The notes under the pieces: model-generated | Database searches by the model: none | What the model was told of the DNA's origin: nothing | The model's input: the letters and a program-made list of their open reading frames with translations, nothing else | In this document: positions 8,419 through 17,235 of the stretch, piece after piece | How positions within the stretch are numbered: the stretch's first letter is position 1 | How the letters are laid out: each line of letters opens with the position of its first letter | Assembly (NCBI GenBank): GCA_030692145.1 | Contig: JAUYCU010000018.1 | Coordinates: 1 to 36,280 of the forward strand | Direction: 5' to 3' | Source: a bacterium | GTDB lineage: Bacteria > Patescibacteriota > Minisyncoccia > RBG-13-40-8-A | DNA: 36,280 nucleotides | Position numbers and translations under genes: made by a program

Positions 8419-9648
8419 TTATAAAGTACCCATCATTGAATACATTGGCTGTATCATCGAAACGGCAAAAAATCCTACAGCCGCACCAATAATAATCATT
8501 AAAACCGGCTCGATGATGGAGGCAAGGTTTTCGGTAATATTAGATACTTCTTCTTCGTAAAAATCCGCCAAACGTCCCATTATTCCGCCAAGTTCTCCGG
8601 TTTGTTCTCCTACGCCGGTCATTTGCACTACCAAAATAGGGTAAAGATTTTTATATTTATTGAGCGACTCTTGAAGATTTTTACCCTTTTTAACATCAAC
8701 CGATACATCAATCAGAGACTGGGAATAGAAAAAATTTCCGACTGTCTGTGAAGTAATAGTCAGAGACTCAATAATCGGTACACCGCTTTCAATCAAAGAA
8801 GAAAAGCTTCTTGCAAATCTGGCACAATTCATTTTTTGGATAATTTTTTTGATTACCGGAAGTTTCAGAGAAAACCAACTCAATGCACGCTTTCCTTTTT
8901 GGGTTTTGAGAAATTTAATTGCGACAAAAACCAAAATCACCAAAATAATTCCCGCCACTATGAAATACCTGCTCATGATTTTGGTGACGAATATCAGAAT
9001 TTTAGTGGTAATGGGAAGCTTAACATTTAATTCTTCAAACATTCCGGTTATCTTCGGCACTACCGTCACCATCATTAAAGTACCTATGCCGATCATTGCC
9101 ACCACAATTACCGCAGGATAGGTTAATGCTCCCCTGACTTTCGATATAAAAACGTGTTCTTTTTTCAGATATTGGGCCAGATTTTTCAACACTTCTTCAA
9201 GATTTCCGCCCTTTTCCCCAACCCTGACCATACTCACAAAAAAGTTATTGAAAACCCTGGGATATTTTGCCATACTTTCGGCTAGTGTTTCTCCTTTTTT
9301 AATTCGTACCACTATGTCGTTGATGATTTTTTTGAAAACCTTATTTTCCGTTTGTTGCGCCAAAACCTCCAAACCCTTGTGTAAAGAAAACCCCGCGCCA
9401 ATCATTACCGCCAAATGACGGGTAAACATCAACCTCTCAACTATCGAAACTCTGCCAAAAATACTCTTAGTAACTGCGGAAACGGAAAATTTCTTTTTAG
9501 CAGGTTCCGTTTCCATGTTTTTAACCGAAGTTAAAATAAAACCCTCCTGCCGAAGCATTTGGGCCAAACTACTTTCATCTTTGGTTTCTAATGTGCCAGT
9601 TTTTGTTTCTCCGGCTTGATTTTTTGCGCTGTAATAAAAAATAGGCAT
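8419..9648 (-). CDS. pilC: Type IV pilus platform protein PilC (GspF/T2SS-F family)
   Basis: 409 aa with two T2SSF-like repeats and three TM regions. Ends ...IIGAAVGFFAVSMIQPMYSMMGTL, typical of PilC/GspF. Confidence 0.9.
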   Translation of the reverse strand: MPIFYYSAKNQAGETKTGTLETKDESSLAQMLRQEGFILTSVKNMETEPAKKKFSVSAVTKSIFGRVSIVERLMFTRHLAVMIGAGFSLHKGLEVLAQQTENKVFKKIINDIVVRIKKGETLAESMAKYPRVFNNFFVSMVRVGEKGGNLEEVLKNLAQYLKKEHVFISKVRGALTYPAVIVVAMIGIGTLMMVTVVPKITGMFEELNVKLPITTKILIFVTKIMSRYFIVAGIILVILVFVAIKFLKTQKGKRALSWFSLKLPVIKKIIQKMNCARFARSFSSLIESGVPIIESLTITSQTVGNFFYSQSLIDVSVDVKKGKNLQESLNKYKNLYPILVVQMTGVGEQTGELGGIMGRLADFYEEEVSNITENLASIIEPVLMIIIGAAVGFFAVSMIQPMYSMMGTL

Positions 9649-9652
9649 AATT

Positions 9653-11416
9653 TTATTCTCCAGTTACCCGTAAAACTTCTTCCAGAGAAGTTTCTCCCTG
9701 GATTGCCTTCACAAACCCGTCTTCAAGCATCGTCAACATGCCTTCTTTCCTTGCCTGTTTTTCTATTTGATCGCTGGTGGCTCTTTTAATAATCATTTCT
9801 TTAACCGTATCGCTCACCTCTAATACCTCTCTTAATCCAATCCTGCTTTTATATCCATCCAGACAACCCTTTGATGGTTTCGGTTTGTAAAAACTGATAT
9901 CTTCCCATTTGGTATTTGCCTGAATTATTTTTTCTTTTTTTAAAATTTCCGACAACTCTTCCATATTTATGTCTTTGCCCATTTCAGCAATTTCCGCCTT
10001 AGTTAAACGATATTCCTCTCTGCTTTCGGGACAAAGTTTTCTTGCCAACCTTTGAGCTAAAATAATATTTATTGTGGAAGCAATCAAAAACGGTTCGATT
10101 CCCATATCCATCAATCGCGGCATTGCTCCAGCCGCAGTATTCGTGTGTAGAGTAGAAAGAACCAAATGGCCGGTCAAAGCGGCATTAACCGCCAAGCTTG
10201 CGGTTTCACTGTCACGAATTTCTCCAACCATAATGATATTCGGGTCCTGTCTGACCAGAGCCCTTAAACCCGACGCGAAAGTAAAACCTATCTTGGGACT
10301 GACTTGAGTTTGATTAACGCGCGGAATCTGATATTCAATTGGATCTTCAATGGTGCAAATATTAACGCCCGGCTGATTTAATATTTCCATTATCGTGTAA
10401 AGTGTCGTTGTTTTCCCGCACCCTGTCGGCCCGGTAGCCAGTATCATTCCGTAGGGTTTTTTAATCGCACGATGAATTCTTTCCAGATTTTCGCCCCAAA
10501 ATCCTAAATTTTCCAAGGTGAATCTTTTTGCTCCTTCGATTAAAAGACGCATCACTATTTTTTCCCCGAAAAATGTCGGCAAAATAGAAACACGAAAAGA
10601 AATTTTCTGGGTTTCCGATTCGATTTTGAATCTTCCGTCCTGAGGAAGTCGGTGTTCATCAAGCCTGAGATTCGACAAAACTTTTATTCTGGCGGTGATT
10701 CCCGAATGGACTTGCTTCGGTAAAATCATTGCGTCGTGCAGAATACCGTCGATACGATAACGCACAATCACTTCTTTTTCCGAGGGCTCAACATGGATAT
10801 CGGACGCTCTTTGTAAAATGGCGTGTTTTATCAAGGTGTCGACAATTTTTATAATCGGCAATTCTTCCGCGGCTTTTTTCAAATCAACGCCCTCACCATC
10901 CCTTTTACCCTCTATTAATTTCATTTCCGGTAAAATTGTTTTTTGCGATTCTCTTTTGATGATTTCTCCAAATTCCGCTTCCAGGCTCTTTTGATACTTT
11001 TTCAGAACCTCCCTAATGCCTTCACGAGAAGTAAATCTAGGCCTTATTTTCAAATTTGTTTTTTTCTTTATAAAATCAATAGTCTGTAAGTTTGAAGGGT
11101 CGAGCATTGCCACCTCCAATTCATCTCTTGTTTTTTTAAAGGCCACTATGTTATTTTTCCTCGCGATCGGTTCAGGAATTATTCTTAAGGTTTCCGGTTC
11201 AATGTCTATTTGTTTGAGATCAATAAAAGGAATGCCCAGGATATAGGCCTTGAGTTTAATTAATTCTTTTTCGGGAATAAATCGTTCTTTGATTAAAATA
11301 TCTTCCAAGTCTTCCTTGCTTTTATCGGCTGTTTTTTCTGCTTTAACCAAATCATCCCTACTGACCAATTTCTTGTCCAGTAAAAATGCTTTTAGTTGTT
11401 GAGAAGATACCTGCAT
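9653..11416 (-). CDS. pilB: Type IV pilus assembly ATPase PilB (GspE family)
   Basis: 587 aa. Walker A GPTGCGKTT, Asp box, Walker B IIMVGEIRD, His box TGHLVLSTLHTN, plus an N-terminal T2SSE_N-like domain. Confidence 0.92.
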   Translation of the reverse strand: MQVSSQQLKAFLLDKKLVSRDDLVKAEKTADKSKEDLEDILIKERFIPEKELIKLKAYILGIPFIDLKQIDIEPETLRIIPEPIARKNNIVAFKKTRDELEVAMLDPSNLQTIDFIKKKTNLKIRPRFTSREGIREVLKKYQKSLEAEFGEIIKRESQKTILPEMKLIEGKRDGEGVDLKKAAEELPIIKIVDTLIKHAILQRASDIHVEPSEKEVIVRYRIDGILHDAMILPKQVHSGITARIKVLSNLRLDEHRLPQDGRFKIESETQKISFRVSILPTFFGEKIVMRLLIEGAKRFTLENLGFWGENLERIHRAIKKPYGMILATGPTGCGKTTTLYTIMEILNQPGVNICTIEDPIEYQIPRVNQTQVSPKIGFTFASGLRALVRQDPNIIMVGEIRDSETASLAVNAALTGHLVLSTLHTNTAAGAMPRLMDMGIEPFLIASTINIILAQRLARKLCPESREEYRLTKAEIAEMGKDINMEELSEILKKEKIIQANTKWEDISFYKPKPSKGCLDGYKSRIGLREVLEVSDTVKEMIIKRATSDQIEKQARKEGMLTMLEDGFVKAIQGETSLEEVLRVTGE

Positions 11417-11450
11417 TTAATTCAGGTTAATTTTTTAATCGAAAAAAGAA

Positions 11451-11816
11451 TTAATTTAAAAACTCTTTTACCTTATTTACCACGTCCTCCAGTTTATAAT
11501 TGGCCTTAACCAAATAGGTGGTCGCTCCCAACTCGAGTGCTTTTTCCACGTCGCCTATGCCTTCAAGATTGGTAAGGACAATCACCGGGATATTCTTCGT
11601 TTTTTCGTCCGCTTTCAGTTCTTTCAGTACTTCAAATCCATCCTTTTTCGGAAGAATCAAATCCAAGAGAATCAAGTTTGGTTCTTCTTTCTTCGCCATC
11701 GCCAACCCCTCTTCACCGTCAAAAGCAGAAAAAATCTTGAATTTTTCCTGCTCCAATATTTCTTTCAGTTCTTTCTGAAAGATTGGCTCATCCTCCATGA
11801 AAAGAATTTTCACCAT
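11451..11816 (-). CDS. Single-domain response regulator (CheY-like receiver)
   Basis: 121 aa. Acidic pocket MEDEP, phospho-acceptor LILLDLILP, conserved T (VIVLTN) and K (LVKA). Confidence 0.88.
   Translation of the reverse strand: MVKILFMEDEPIFQKELKEILEQEKFKIFSAFDGEEGLAMAKKEEPNLILLDLILPKKDGFEVLKELKADEKTKNIPVIVLTNLEGIGDVEKALELGATTYLVKANYKLEDVVNKVKEFLN
11496..11721. repeat. Near-identical 226-nt block shared by the two receiver genes (copy 1)
   Basis: Hand alignment with 11874-12099. Only a handful of mismatches, clustered at the 5' end of the block, while the gene termini are diverged. Confidence 0.85.
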
Positions 11817-11825
11817 ATTTTTGTT

Positions 11826-12194
11826 TTATTCTTTTATTTGGGATTTTACGGTTTTTAAAACATCCTCCAGATCATAATTGGCCTTAACCAAATAGGTAGT
11901 CGCTCCCAGGGTCAGTGCTTTTTCCACGTCGCCTATGCCTTCAAGATTGGTAAGGACAATCACCGGGATATTCTTCGTTTTTTCGTCCGCTTTCAGTTCT
12001 TTCAATACTTCGAATCCATCCTTTTTCGGAAGAATCAAATCCAAGAGAATCAAGTTTGGTTCTTCTTTCTTCGCCATCGCCAACCCCTCTTCACCGTCAG
12101 CCGCACCAAAAACCTTATATCCCTCCTGAACAAGTACTTCACTTATCATTTTTTGAAGATTTGGTTCGTCTTCGACAAATAAAATTTTACTCAT
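11826..12194 (-). CDS. Single-domain response regulator (CheY-like receiver), tandem paralogue
   Basis: 122 aa with the same receiver motifs. The central 226 nt are nearly identical to the neighbouring gene. Confidence 0.88.
   Translation of the reverse strand: MSKILFVEDEPNLQKMISEVLVQEGYKVFGAADGEEGLAMAKKEEPNLILLDLILPKKDGFEVLKELKADEKTKNIPVIVLTNLEGIGDVEKALTLGATTYLVKANYDLEDVLKTVKSQIKE
11874..12099. repeat. Near-identical 226-nt block shared by the two receiver genes (copy 2)
   Basis: See copy 1 (11496-11721). Confidence 0.85.
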
Positions 12195-12316
12195 ATTTTT
12201 ATCAACGAATTAAGAATTTTATTGCGGGCCTACGAATGAATATTCGTAAATTCGCAACAGATTAAATATCCGTTGATTATTTAATTATTTATTGTTTATT
12301 ATTTTAATTATTTTGA

Positions 12317-13297
12317 TTATTTTGATTTTGGTTTATTTTTTTTATCGGAAACCGGCAACGTAAACCAGAAATCGCTTCCCACGCCTTCGGTCGAGTCAAA
12401 ACCCATATCGCCTTCGGATAACTTAATAATTCCCTTGGCGATAAAAAGGCCTAGCCCGGTTCCTTCGACTTTTTGCTTGATTAAATTATCCCCACGGAAA
12501 AACTTGCCAAAAACCTGCTTTTGGACCAATGCCGATATACCCACGCCGTTATCTTTCACATTTACTTTAATCATTTTATCTTTGCCTTTCTCTGCGCCGA
12601 TTGTAATTTCCACTTTCCCGCCCTCTTTTTTCGAGTATTTTATCGCGTTATCGATTAAATTCTGTACCACCATTCTGATTTTATCTTGATCCGCGTACAC
12701 TTCATAATCTTTATGGTTTTTAAAAATTATTTCGACATGCTGAGACTCCGCCATCAGTTTTATTTCTCGAACCACGCCATCAATCAATTCACTCAGAGAA
12801 AAAAGCTTTGCCTGGATTACGAATCTTCCCTCCTCTATTCTGTTTACACTAAGTAGGTCGTTTACCAATCTGATCATTTTGACGCCACTTTCATTGACAA
12901 TATCGAGGTATTCTTTTTGTTTTGTGTTAATCTCTCCCAATCTTTTTCCTCTTAGCAGGTCCAAAGACCACTTCAGCGCCGAAAGCGGCGTTCTCAATTG
13001 ATGAGATACAATGCTTACGAATTCACTTTTCATTCTATTCGCTTCCACAACCCTAGCAAAGCTATTTACCAAAGAATGACCAATAACCAAAAGAACGACA
13101 GTCACAATGCTAACCATCACAATTACTATTTCCGGTTCAACAAGGTGAATGCCGATAAAATAGGTGAGAGTCATCGCCAAAACAATGATAAAGCCCATTA
13201 CCAAAAATAGGGAATTGGGACATTGCCAAAAACCCAATCCATATTTTCTGCATTCGGCCATAAAATCGAATTTTTTAACGATTGTTTTCAAATTCAT
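12317..13297 (-). CDS. Sensor histidine kinase (HisKA + HATPase_c), two TM helices, no obvious extracytoplasmic sensor domain
   Basis: 326 aa. H-box FVSIVSHQLRTPLSAL, N-box QNLIDNAIKYS, G-boxes DNGVGI and GTGLGLFIAK. Confidence 0.88.
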   Translation of the reverse strand: MNLKTIVKKFDFMAECRKYGLGFWQCPNSLFLVMGFIIVLAMTLTYFIGIHLVEPEIVIVMVSIVTVVLLVIGHSLVNSFARVVEANRMKSEFVSIVSHQLRTPLSALKWSLDLLRGKRLGEINTKQKEYLDIVNESGVKMIRLVNDLLSVNRIEEGRFVIQAKLFSLSELIDGVVREIKLMAESQHVEIIFKNHKDYEVYADQDKIRMVVQNLIDNAIKYSKKEGGKVEITIGAEKGKDKMIKVNVKDNGVGISALVQKQVFGKFFRGDNLIKQKVEGTGLGLFIAKGIIKLSEGDMGFDSTEGVGSDFWFTLPVSDKKNKPKSK

Positions 13298-13305
13298 ATA
13301 TTTTA

Positions 13306-13314
13306 ATTATACCA
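13306..13314 (-). promoter_or_regulatory. Extended -10 promoter (TGGTATAAT) for the kinase gene, only 8 nt upstream of its ATG
   Basis: Reverse strand reads TGGTATAAT-TAAAATAT-ATG. No Shine-Dalgarno can fit, which suggests a leaderless mRNA. Confidence 0.4.
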
Positions 13315-13346
13315 CAATATAAAAAATAAAATAATCTTTGGAAATA

Positions 13347-13375
13347 TTGACCACGCAAGACAAAAAAGATATACT
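13347..13375 (+). promoter_or_regulatory. Sigma70-type promoter for tRNA-Pro(UGG)
   Basis: TTGACC, a 17-nt spacer, then TATACT. The -10 ends 12 nt before the first tRNA nucleotide. Confidence 0.55.
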
Positions 13376-13387
13376 TAAAAGCTGGGA

Positions 13388-13461
13388 CGGGGTGTAGTAT
13401 AACGGTAGTACGCATGCTTTGGGAGTATGTGGCCTGGGTTCAATTCCCAGCACCCCGACCA
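13388..13461 (+). tRNA. tRNA-Pro (anticodon UGG), CCA encoded
   Basis: Cloverleaf: CGGGGTG-TA-GTAT-AACGGTA-GTAC-G-CATGC-TTTGGGA-GTATG-TGGC-CTGGG-TTCAATT-CCCAG-CACCCCG-A-CCA. It has the C1:G72 pair typical of bacterial tRNA-Pro. Confidence 0.9.
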
Positions 13462-13569
13462 TTTCAGACTTTTTTGAAATTCAGAATTCGGATTTTCGTC
13501 GAAGAAAGTTTGAGTTTCGTTCGGTAATTACGATTTATTAAGAAATTAATTTCTAAAAACCATTAAAAT

Positions 13570-15291
13570 ATGATGGAAAAATTAAAACATAGACCGGCAA
13601 GGCAAAAAAAGACAAGACAACAATCCATTCTAAGAATTATTCCCTTGGGAGGCATGGAAGAAGTCGGCCGAAATATGACTGTTTTTGAATATGGCGATGA
13701 TATTGTTATTTTGGATATGGGCATTCAGTTTCCGGAAGAAGATATGCCTGGCATTGATTTCATTATCCCCAATGTTAGTTATTTGCGCGGCAAGGAAAAA
13801 AATATTCGCGGAGTAATTTTTAGCCACGGACACCTTGATCATATTGGCGCTGCTCCATTACTCTTGAAAAAACTTGGTTATCCAACAATTATTGGCAGAG
13901 ATTTGACCATTGCCCTGATTGAAAAAAGAATGGAAGAATACGCCAAAGAATCAGTTAAGCACCTAAGGATTATTAAGGTTAAATCAATTAATGATCGGTT
14001 TAATTTGGGCAAATTCAGAATCGGCTTTTTCAATGTGGAGCATTCAATTATGGATGCGATCGGCGTTATTATCAATACGCCGAATGGAACAGTTATTCAT
14101 CCGGGTGACTGGACAATGGGAAAAAATCCAATTAATCAACAGGCAATTACCTATAATCATTTGTCTTCTTTGCCAACGCCAAAAATTTTAATGCTTGAAA
14201 GTTTGGGTTCGCTTGATACTACTCAAGAACCGGTATCGGAAAAAGATATGTATACTAATCTGGAAAAGCTTATCAGAGAGGCAACGGGCAAAGTAATCAT
14301 CGGCACTTTTTCTTCCCAAATAACAAGGATCGGTCATATTATCGAATACGCCAAAAAAATCGGCAAAAAAGTTGCCCCGGATGGCTATGGCATGAAAATG
14401 AATATTGAAATAGCCCAAAAACTAAAATATATAAAAACCGATAAAGAAGTGCTTATTCCCGTCGAGGATATTCACAAATATCCGGAAAATAAAATTATAA
14501 TTATTTGTACCGGAGCACAAGGCGAAGGCAATGCGGTTTTATCACGAATAATTACAGGTAATCACAAATTCATCCGTATCAAAAAAAACGATACCATTAT
14601 TTTTTCGTCGTCCGTTATCCCCGGAAACGAAAGAACGATTCAGCGATTGAAAGACGGTCTTTATCGCAAATGTGATAATGTCATCCATAACGATATAATG
14701 GATGTTCATATTAGCGGTCATTCCAATGCCGCCAGTATTAAAGAGATAATAAAGCAAATCCGGCCGGATTTTTTTCTGCCGGTTTATGCTAACCATTATT
14801 TTTTGAAAGAAGCGGCAAAACTGGCCATACAGACCGGAATTTCCAAAGATAAAATATTTGTTCTTGATAATGGTTCAATTATTGAATTTCAAAACAGAAC
14901 AGCCAGGGTCTTGAATAAAAAAGTTGATACTAGCTATGTTTTTGTCGACGGGCTGGGTATTGGGGATATCGGCCATATTGTTTTACGCGATCGTCAGACA
15001 ATGGCTGAAGACGGAATGTTTGTAATTATAACTACAATAGACCGACGAACCGGAAAAGTTAAAAATAATCCGGATATTATTTCTCGCGGATTTATTTACA
15101 TGAAAGAATCAAGAGAACTTTTAACAGAAGCGCGTAAAAAAGTAAAAGAAATTGTTGGGCATACAACTACTGCCGGCGCACCGATTGATTGGGCATATGT
15201 TAAAGATAATTTACGGGATAAAATGGGCCAATTTTTATACAGCAAAACCCGAAGAAGACCGATGATTTTACCGGTGATAATTGAAGTGTAA
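13570..15291 (+). CDS. rnj: Ribonuclease J (metallo-beta-lactamase / beta-CASP)
   Basis: 573 aa. RIIPLGGMEEVGRNMTVFEY, the HxHxDH motif FSHGHLDHIG, a beta-CASP region and an RNase J C-terminal domain. Confidence 0.92.
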   Translation: MMEKLKHRPARQKKTRQQSILRIIPLGGMEEVGRNMTVFEYGDDIVILDMGIQFPEEDMPGIDFIIPNVSYLRGKEKNIRGVIFSHGHLDHIGAAPLLLKKLGYPTIIGRDLTIALIEKRMEEYAKESVKHLRIIKVKSINDRFNLGKFRIGFFNVEHSIMDAIGVIINTPNGTVIHPGDWTMGKNPINQQAITYNHLSSLPTPKILMLESLGSLDTTQEPVSEKDMYTNLEKLIREATGKVIIGTFSSQITRIGHIIEYAKKIGKKVAPDGYGMKMNIEIAQKLKYIKTDKEVLIPVEDIHKYPENKIIIICTGAQGEGNAVLSRIITGNHKFIRIKKNDTIIFSSSVIPGNERTIQRLKDGLYRKCDNVIHNDIMDVHISGHSNAASIKEIIKQIRPDFFLPVYANHYFLKEAAKLAIQTGISKDKIFVLDNGSIIEFQNRTARVLNKKVDTSYVFVDGLGIGDIGHIVLRDRQTMAEDGMFVIITTIDRRTGKVKNNPDIISRGFIYMKESRELLTEARKKVKEIVGHTTTAGAPIDWAYVKDNLRDKMGQFLYSKTRRRPMILPVIIEV

Positions 15292-15318
15292 AACATTAGG
15301 ATTCAGAAATTTTATTAT

Positions 15319-15390
15319 GCGGGTATCGTATAACGGCTATTACTCCAGTTTTCCAAACTGGTGACAGGGGTTCGACTCCCCTTACCCGCT
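15319..15390 (+). tRNA. tRNA-Gly (anticodon UCC)
   Basis: GCGGGTA...CCAGT-TTTCCAA-ACTGG-TGAC-AGGGG-TTCGACT-CCCCT-TACCCGC-T. A 72-nt cloverleaf with no encoded CCA, starting 27 nt after the rnj stop. Confidence 0.9.
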
Positions 15391-15420
15391 TCGACTCAGC
15401 GAGGCGAGCCCGCTCCCATA

Positions 15421-15458
15421 AAAAATAGCCCCGACACAAAGTCGGGGGCTATTTTTTA
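15421..15458. terminator. Bidirectional intrinsic terminator between tRNA-Gly and rny
   Basis: AAAAATAGCCCCGAC-ACAAA-GTCGGGGCTATTTTTT. An 11-12 bp stem flanked by an A-run and a T-run, between convergent units. Confidence 0.7.
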
Positions 15459-15558
15459 TTTAAACCTTATTCGCTTAATGTTTCCTTTTCGGAAACCCTC
15501 CCTCAAGCAATAAGGGTAACCACAAAATTGGAAATTAGATATTGGATATTAGAAATTT

Positions 15559-17088
15559 TTATCTGGCATATTCGATAACACGAGTTTCACGGATTACGCT
15601 AACCTTTATCTCTCCCGGATATTTCAACTCTTTTTCTATTTCTTGGGCGATTTCTTTGGCGATTTTATAAGCACCCAGATCATCGGTCTTTGTCGGATTG
15701 ACGAAAACCCTGATTTCTCTTCCTGCCTGAATTGCGTACGCTTTTTCTACGCCTTCGAACCCGGTTGCGATTTTTTCCAACTCTTCCAATCTCTTCAAAT
15801 AGTTTTCGAGATTTTCTTTTCTTGCACCCGGTCGTGCGGCGGACGTTGCTTCCGCGGCCCGAACAATCGACGCCTCTATGGTCTCGAATGGATAATCTTC
15901 GTGGTGCGACTTCATGGCATCGATTACTTTTTTATCCACTCCGAATTTCTGTAAAATTTTCATTCCGATTTCCACGTGCGAACCCTGAATTTCGTGATCA
16001 ACAGCTTTCCCGATATCGTGAAACAATGCAGCTTTTTTCGCCACAATAACATCCGCATTAAGTTCCGCAGCCAACATGCCTGCCAAATGAGCACTTTCAA
16101 TCGAATGTAAAAGAACGTTTTGCCCAAAACTGGTTCGAAATGTCAAACGACCCAAAAGATTAATCAATCTCGGATCCAAACCGACTATACCTACGTCGTA
16201 CACCGCAGCTTCGCCCGCTTCTTTCATTTTGGCGCCTATCTCATCCTTGGTTTTTTCCACGATTTCTTCGATTCGTGCCGGCTGGATCCTGCCGTCGGAA
16301 ATCAATTTTTCCAAAGACATCTTGGCTATTTGTCTGCGAATCGGATCAAAACCGGATATAATCAGCGTTTCCGGAGTGTCATCAATAATGATTTCTACCC
16401 CGGTAAGTCTTTCCAGTGTTCTGATATTTCTTCCCTCTCTGCCAATTATTTTACCCTTAATTTCGTCGCTGGGTAAACTAACAGTGGTGGTGGTAACTTC
16501 CGCGGCCTGCGAAGAAGAATACCTTTGCAAGGCGGAAACCATGATATCTTGGGCTTTTTTTTCGAGTTCTTCCTTGCCTTGTCGTTCCATTTTCTGAATT
16601 CTGGCGAAAACCTCTTCTTTGTTTTTCTCTTCCACTAATCTCAGTATTTCTTTTTTCGCTTGCTCCTGAGAAAGATTGCTTATTTCTTCCAATTTGACGA
16701 TTTCTCCTTCTTTCAGTTTTTCCAATTCTGATTTTATTTCTCGAACCCTTTCGACTTTTCCCCTTAAATCTTTTTCCTGGTTTTCCAGAGAAACAGATTT
16801 CGAATCTAGTACCTCTTCTTTTCTTTCCAGTCTCTGATTGGTTTTTCTGAACTCTTCTTCTCTGCGCGTTGTTTCTCTTTTGATTTCATCCAGGGCTTTC
16901 ACCGCCTTGTCTTTTGCTTTCAAGATTATCTCTTGCGCCTGTGTTTTTGCCTCAGTAATTAATTTATCGATTTTGGCTTCAGCCGTATCGGCTTGCCTTT
17001 TGGCGATAGATTGACGGGCAAGATATCCCAAAACGGATCCCCCAATCAAAGAACCTATTGCCACAAGAAGTGGAATTAATGCTATCAT
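15559..17088 (-). CDS. rny: Ribonuclease Y (TM anchor, coiled coil, KH, HD)
   Basis: KH motif GKIIGREGRNIRTLERLTG and HD domain LLHSIESAHLAG...ALFHDIGK. The ORF-track start at 17097 is a TTG. The first ATG (17088) gives MIALIPLLVAIGSL, which I prefer. Confidence 0.9.
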   Translation of the reverse strand: MIALIPLLVAIGSLIGGSVLGYLARQSIAKRQADTAEAKIDKLITEAKTQAQEIILKAKDKAVKALDEIKRETTRREEEFRKTNQRLERKEEVLDSKSVSLENQEKDLRGKVERVREIKSELEKLKEGEIVKLEEISNLSQEQAKKEILRLVEEKNKEEVFARIQKMERQGKEELEKKAQDIMVSALQRYSSSQAAEVTTTTVSLPSDEIKGKIIGREGRNIRTLERLTGVEIIIDDTPETLIISGFDPIRRQIAKMSLEKLISDGRIQPARIEEIVEKTKDEIGAKMKEAGEAAVYDVGIVGLDPRLINLLGRLTFRTSFGQNVLLHSIESAHLAGMLAAELNADVIVAKKAALFHDIGKAVDHEIQGSHVEIGMKILQKFGVDKKVIDAMKSHHEDYPFETIEASIVRAAEATSAARPGARKENLENYLKRLEELEKIATGFEGVEKAYAIQAGREIRVFVNPTKTDDLGAYKIAKEIAQEIEKELKYPGEIKVSVIRETRVIEYAR

Positions 17089-17200
17089 AAATTTCAAATT
17101 TGACTAAAAAACACATATTTAGGTTGAATAATAATAAATAATGATTTTTAGTGCAAAATATTACTTATTTACTAATCCAGTTTATCAAAATCGATTTGCT

Positions 17201-17228
17201 TTGTCAAACATTACGATTATGTTAAAAT
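17201..17228 (+). promoter_or_regulatory. Promoter for gpmI (TTGTCA, 16-nt spacer, TGT-TAAAAT); the -10 ends 7 nt before the ATG
   Basis: TTGTCA at 17201-17206 and TAAAAT at 17223-17228, preceded by TGT. ATG at 17236 with no SD, so the mRNA is probably leaderless. Confidence 0.4.
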
Positions 17229-17235
17229 CAATAAT

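Noticed and set aside
13541-13554. Perfect 14-nt palindrome AGAAATTAATTTCT, 16 nt upstream of rnj
   Set aside because: It could be an operator or processing hairpin. Pure A/T palindromes of this size are expected by chance in AT-rich spacers, and I found no second copy.
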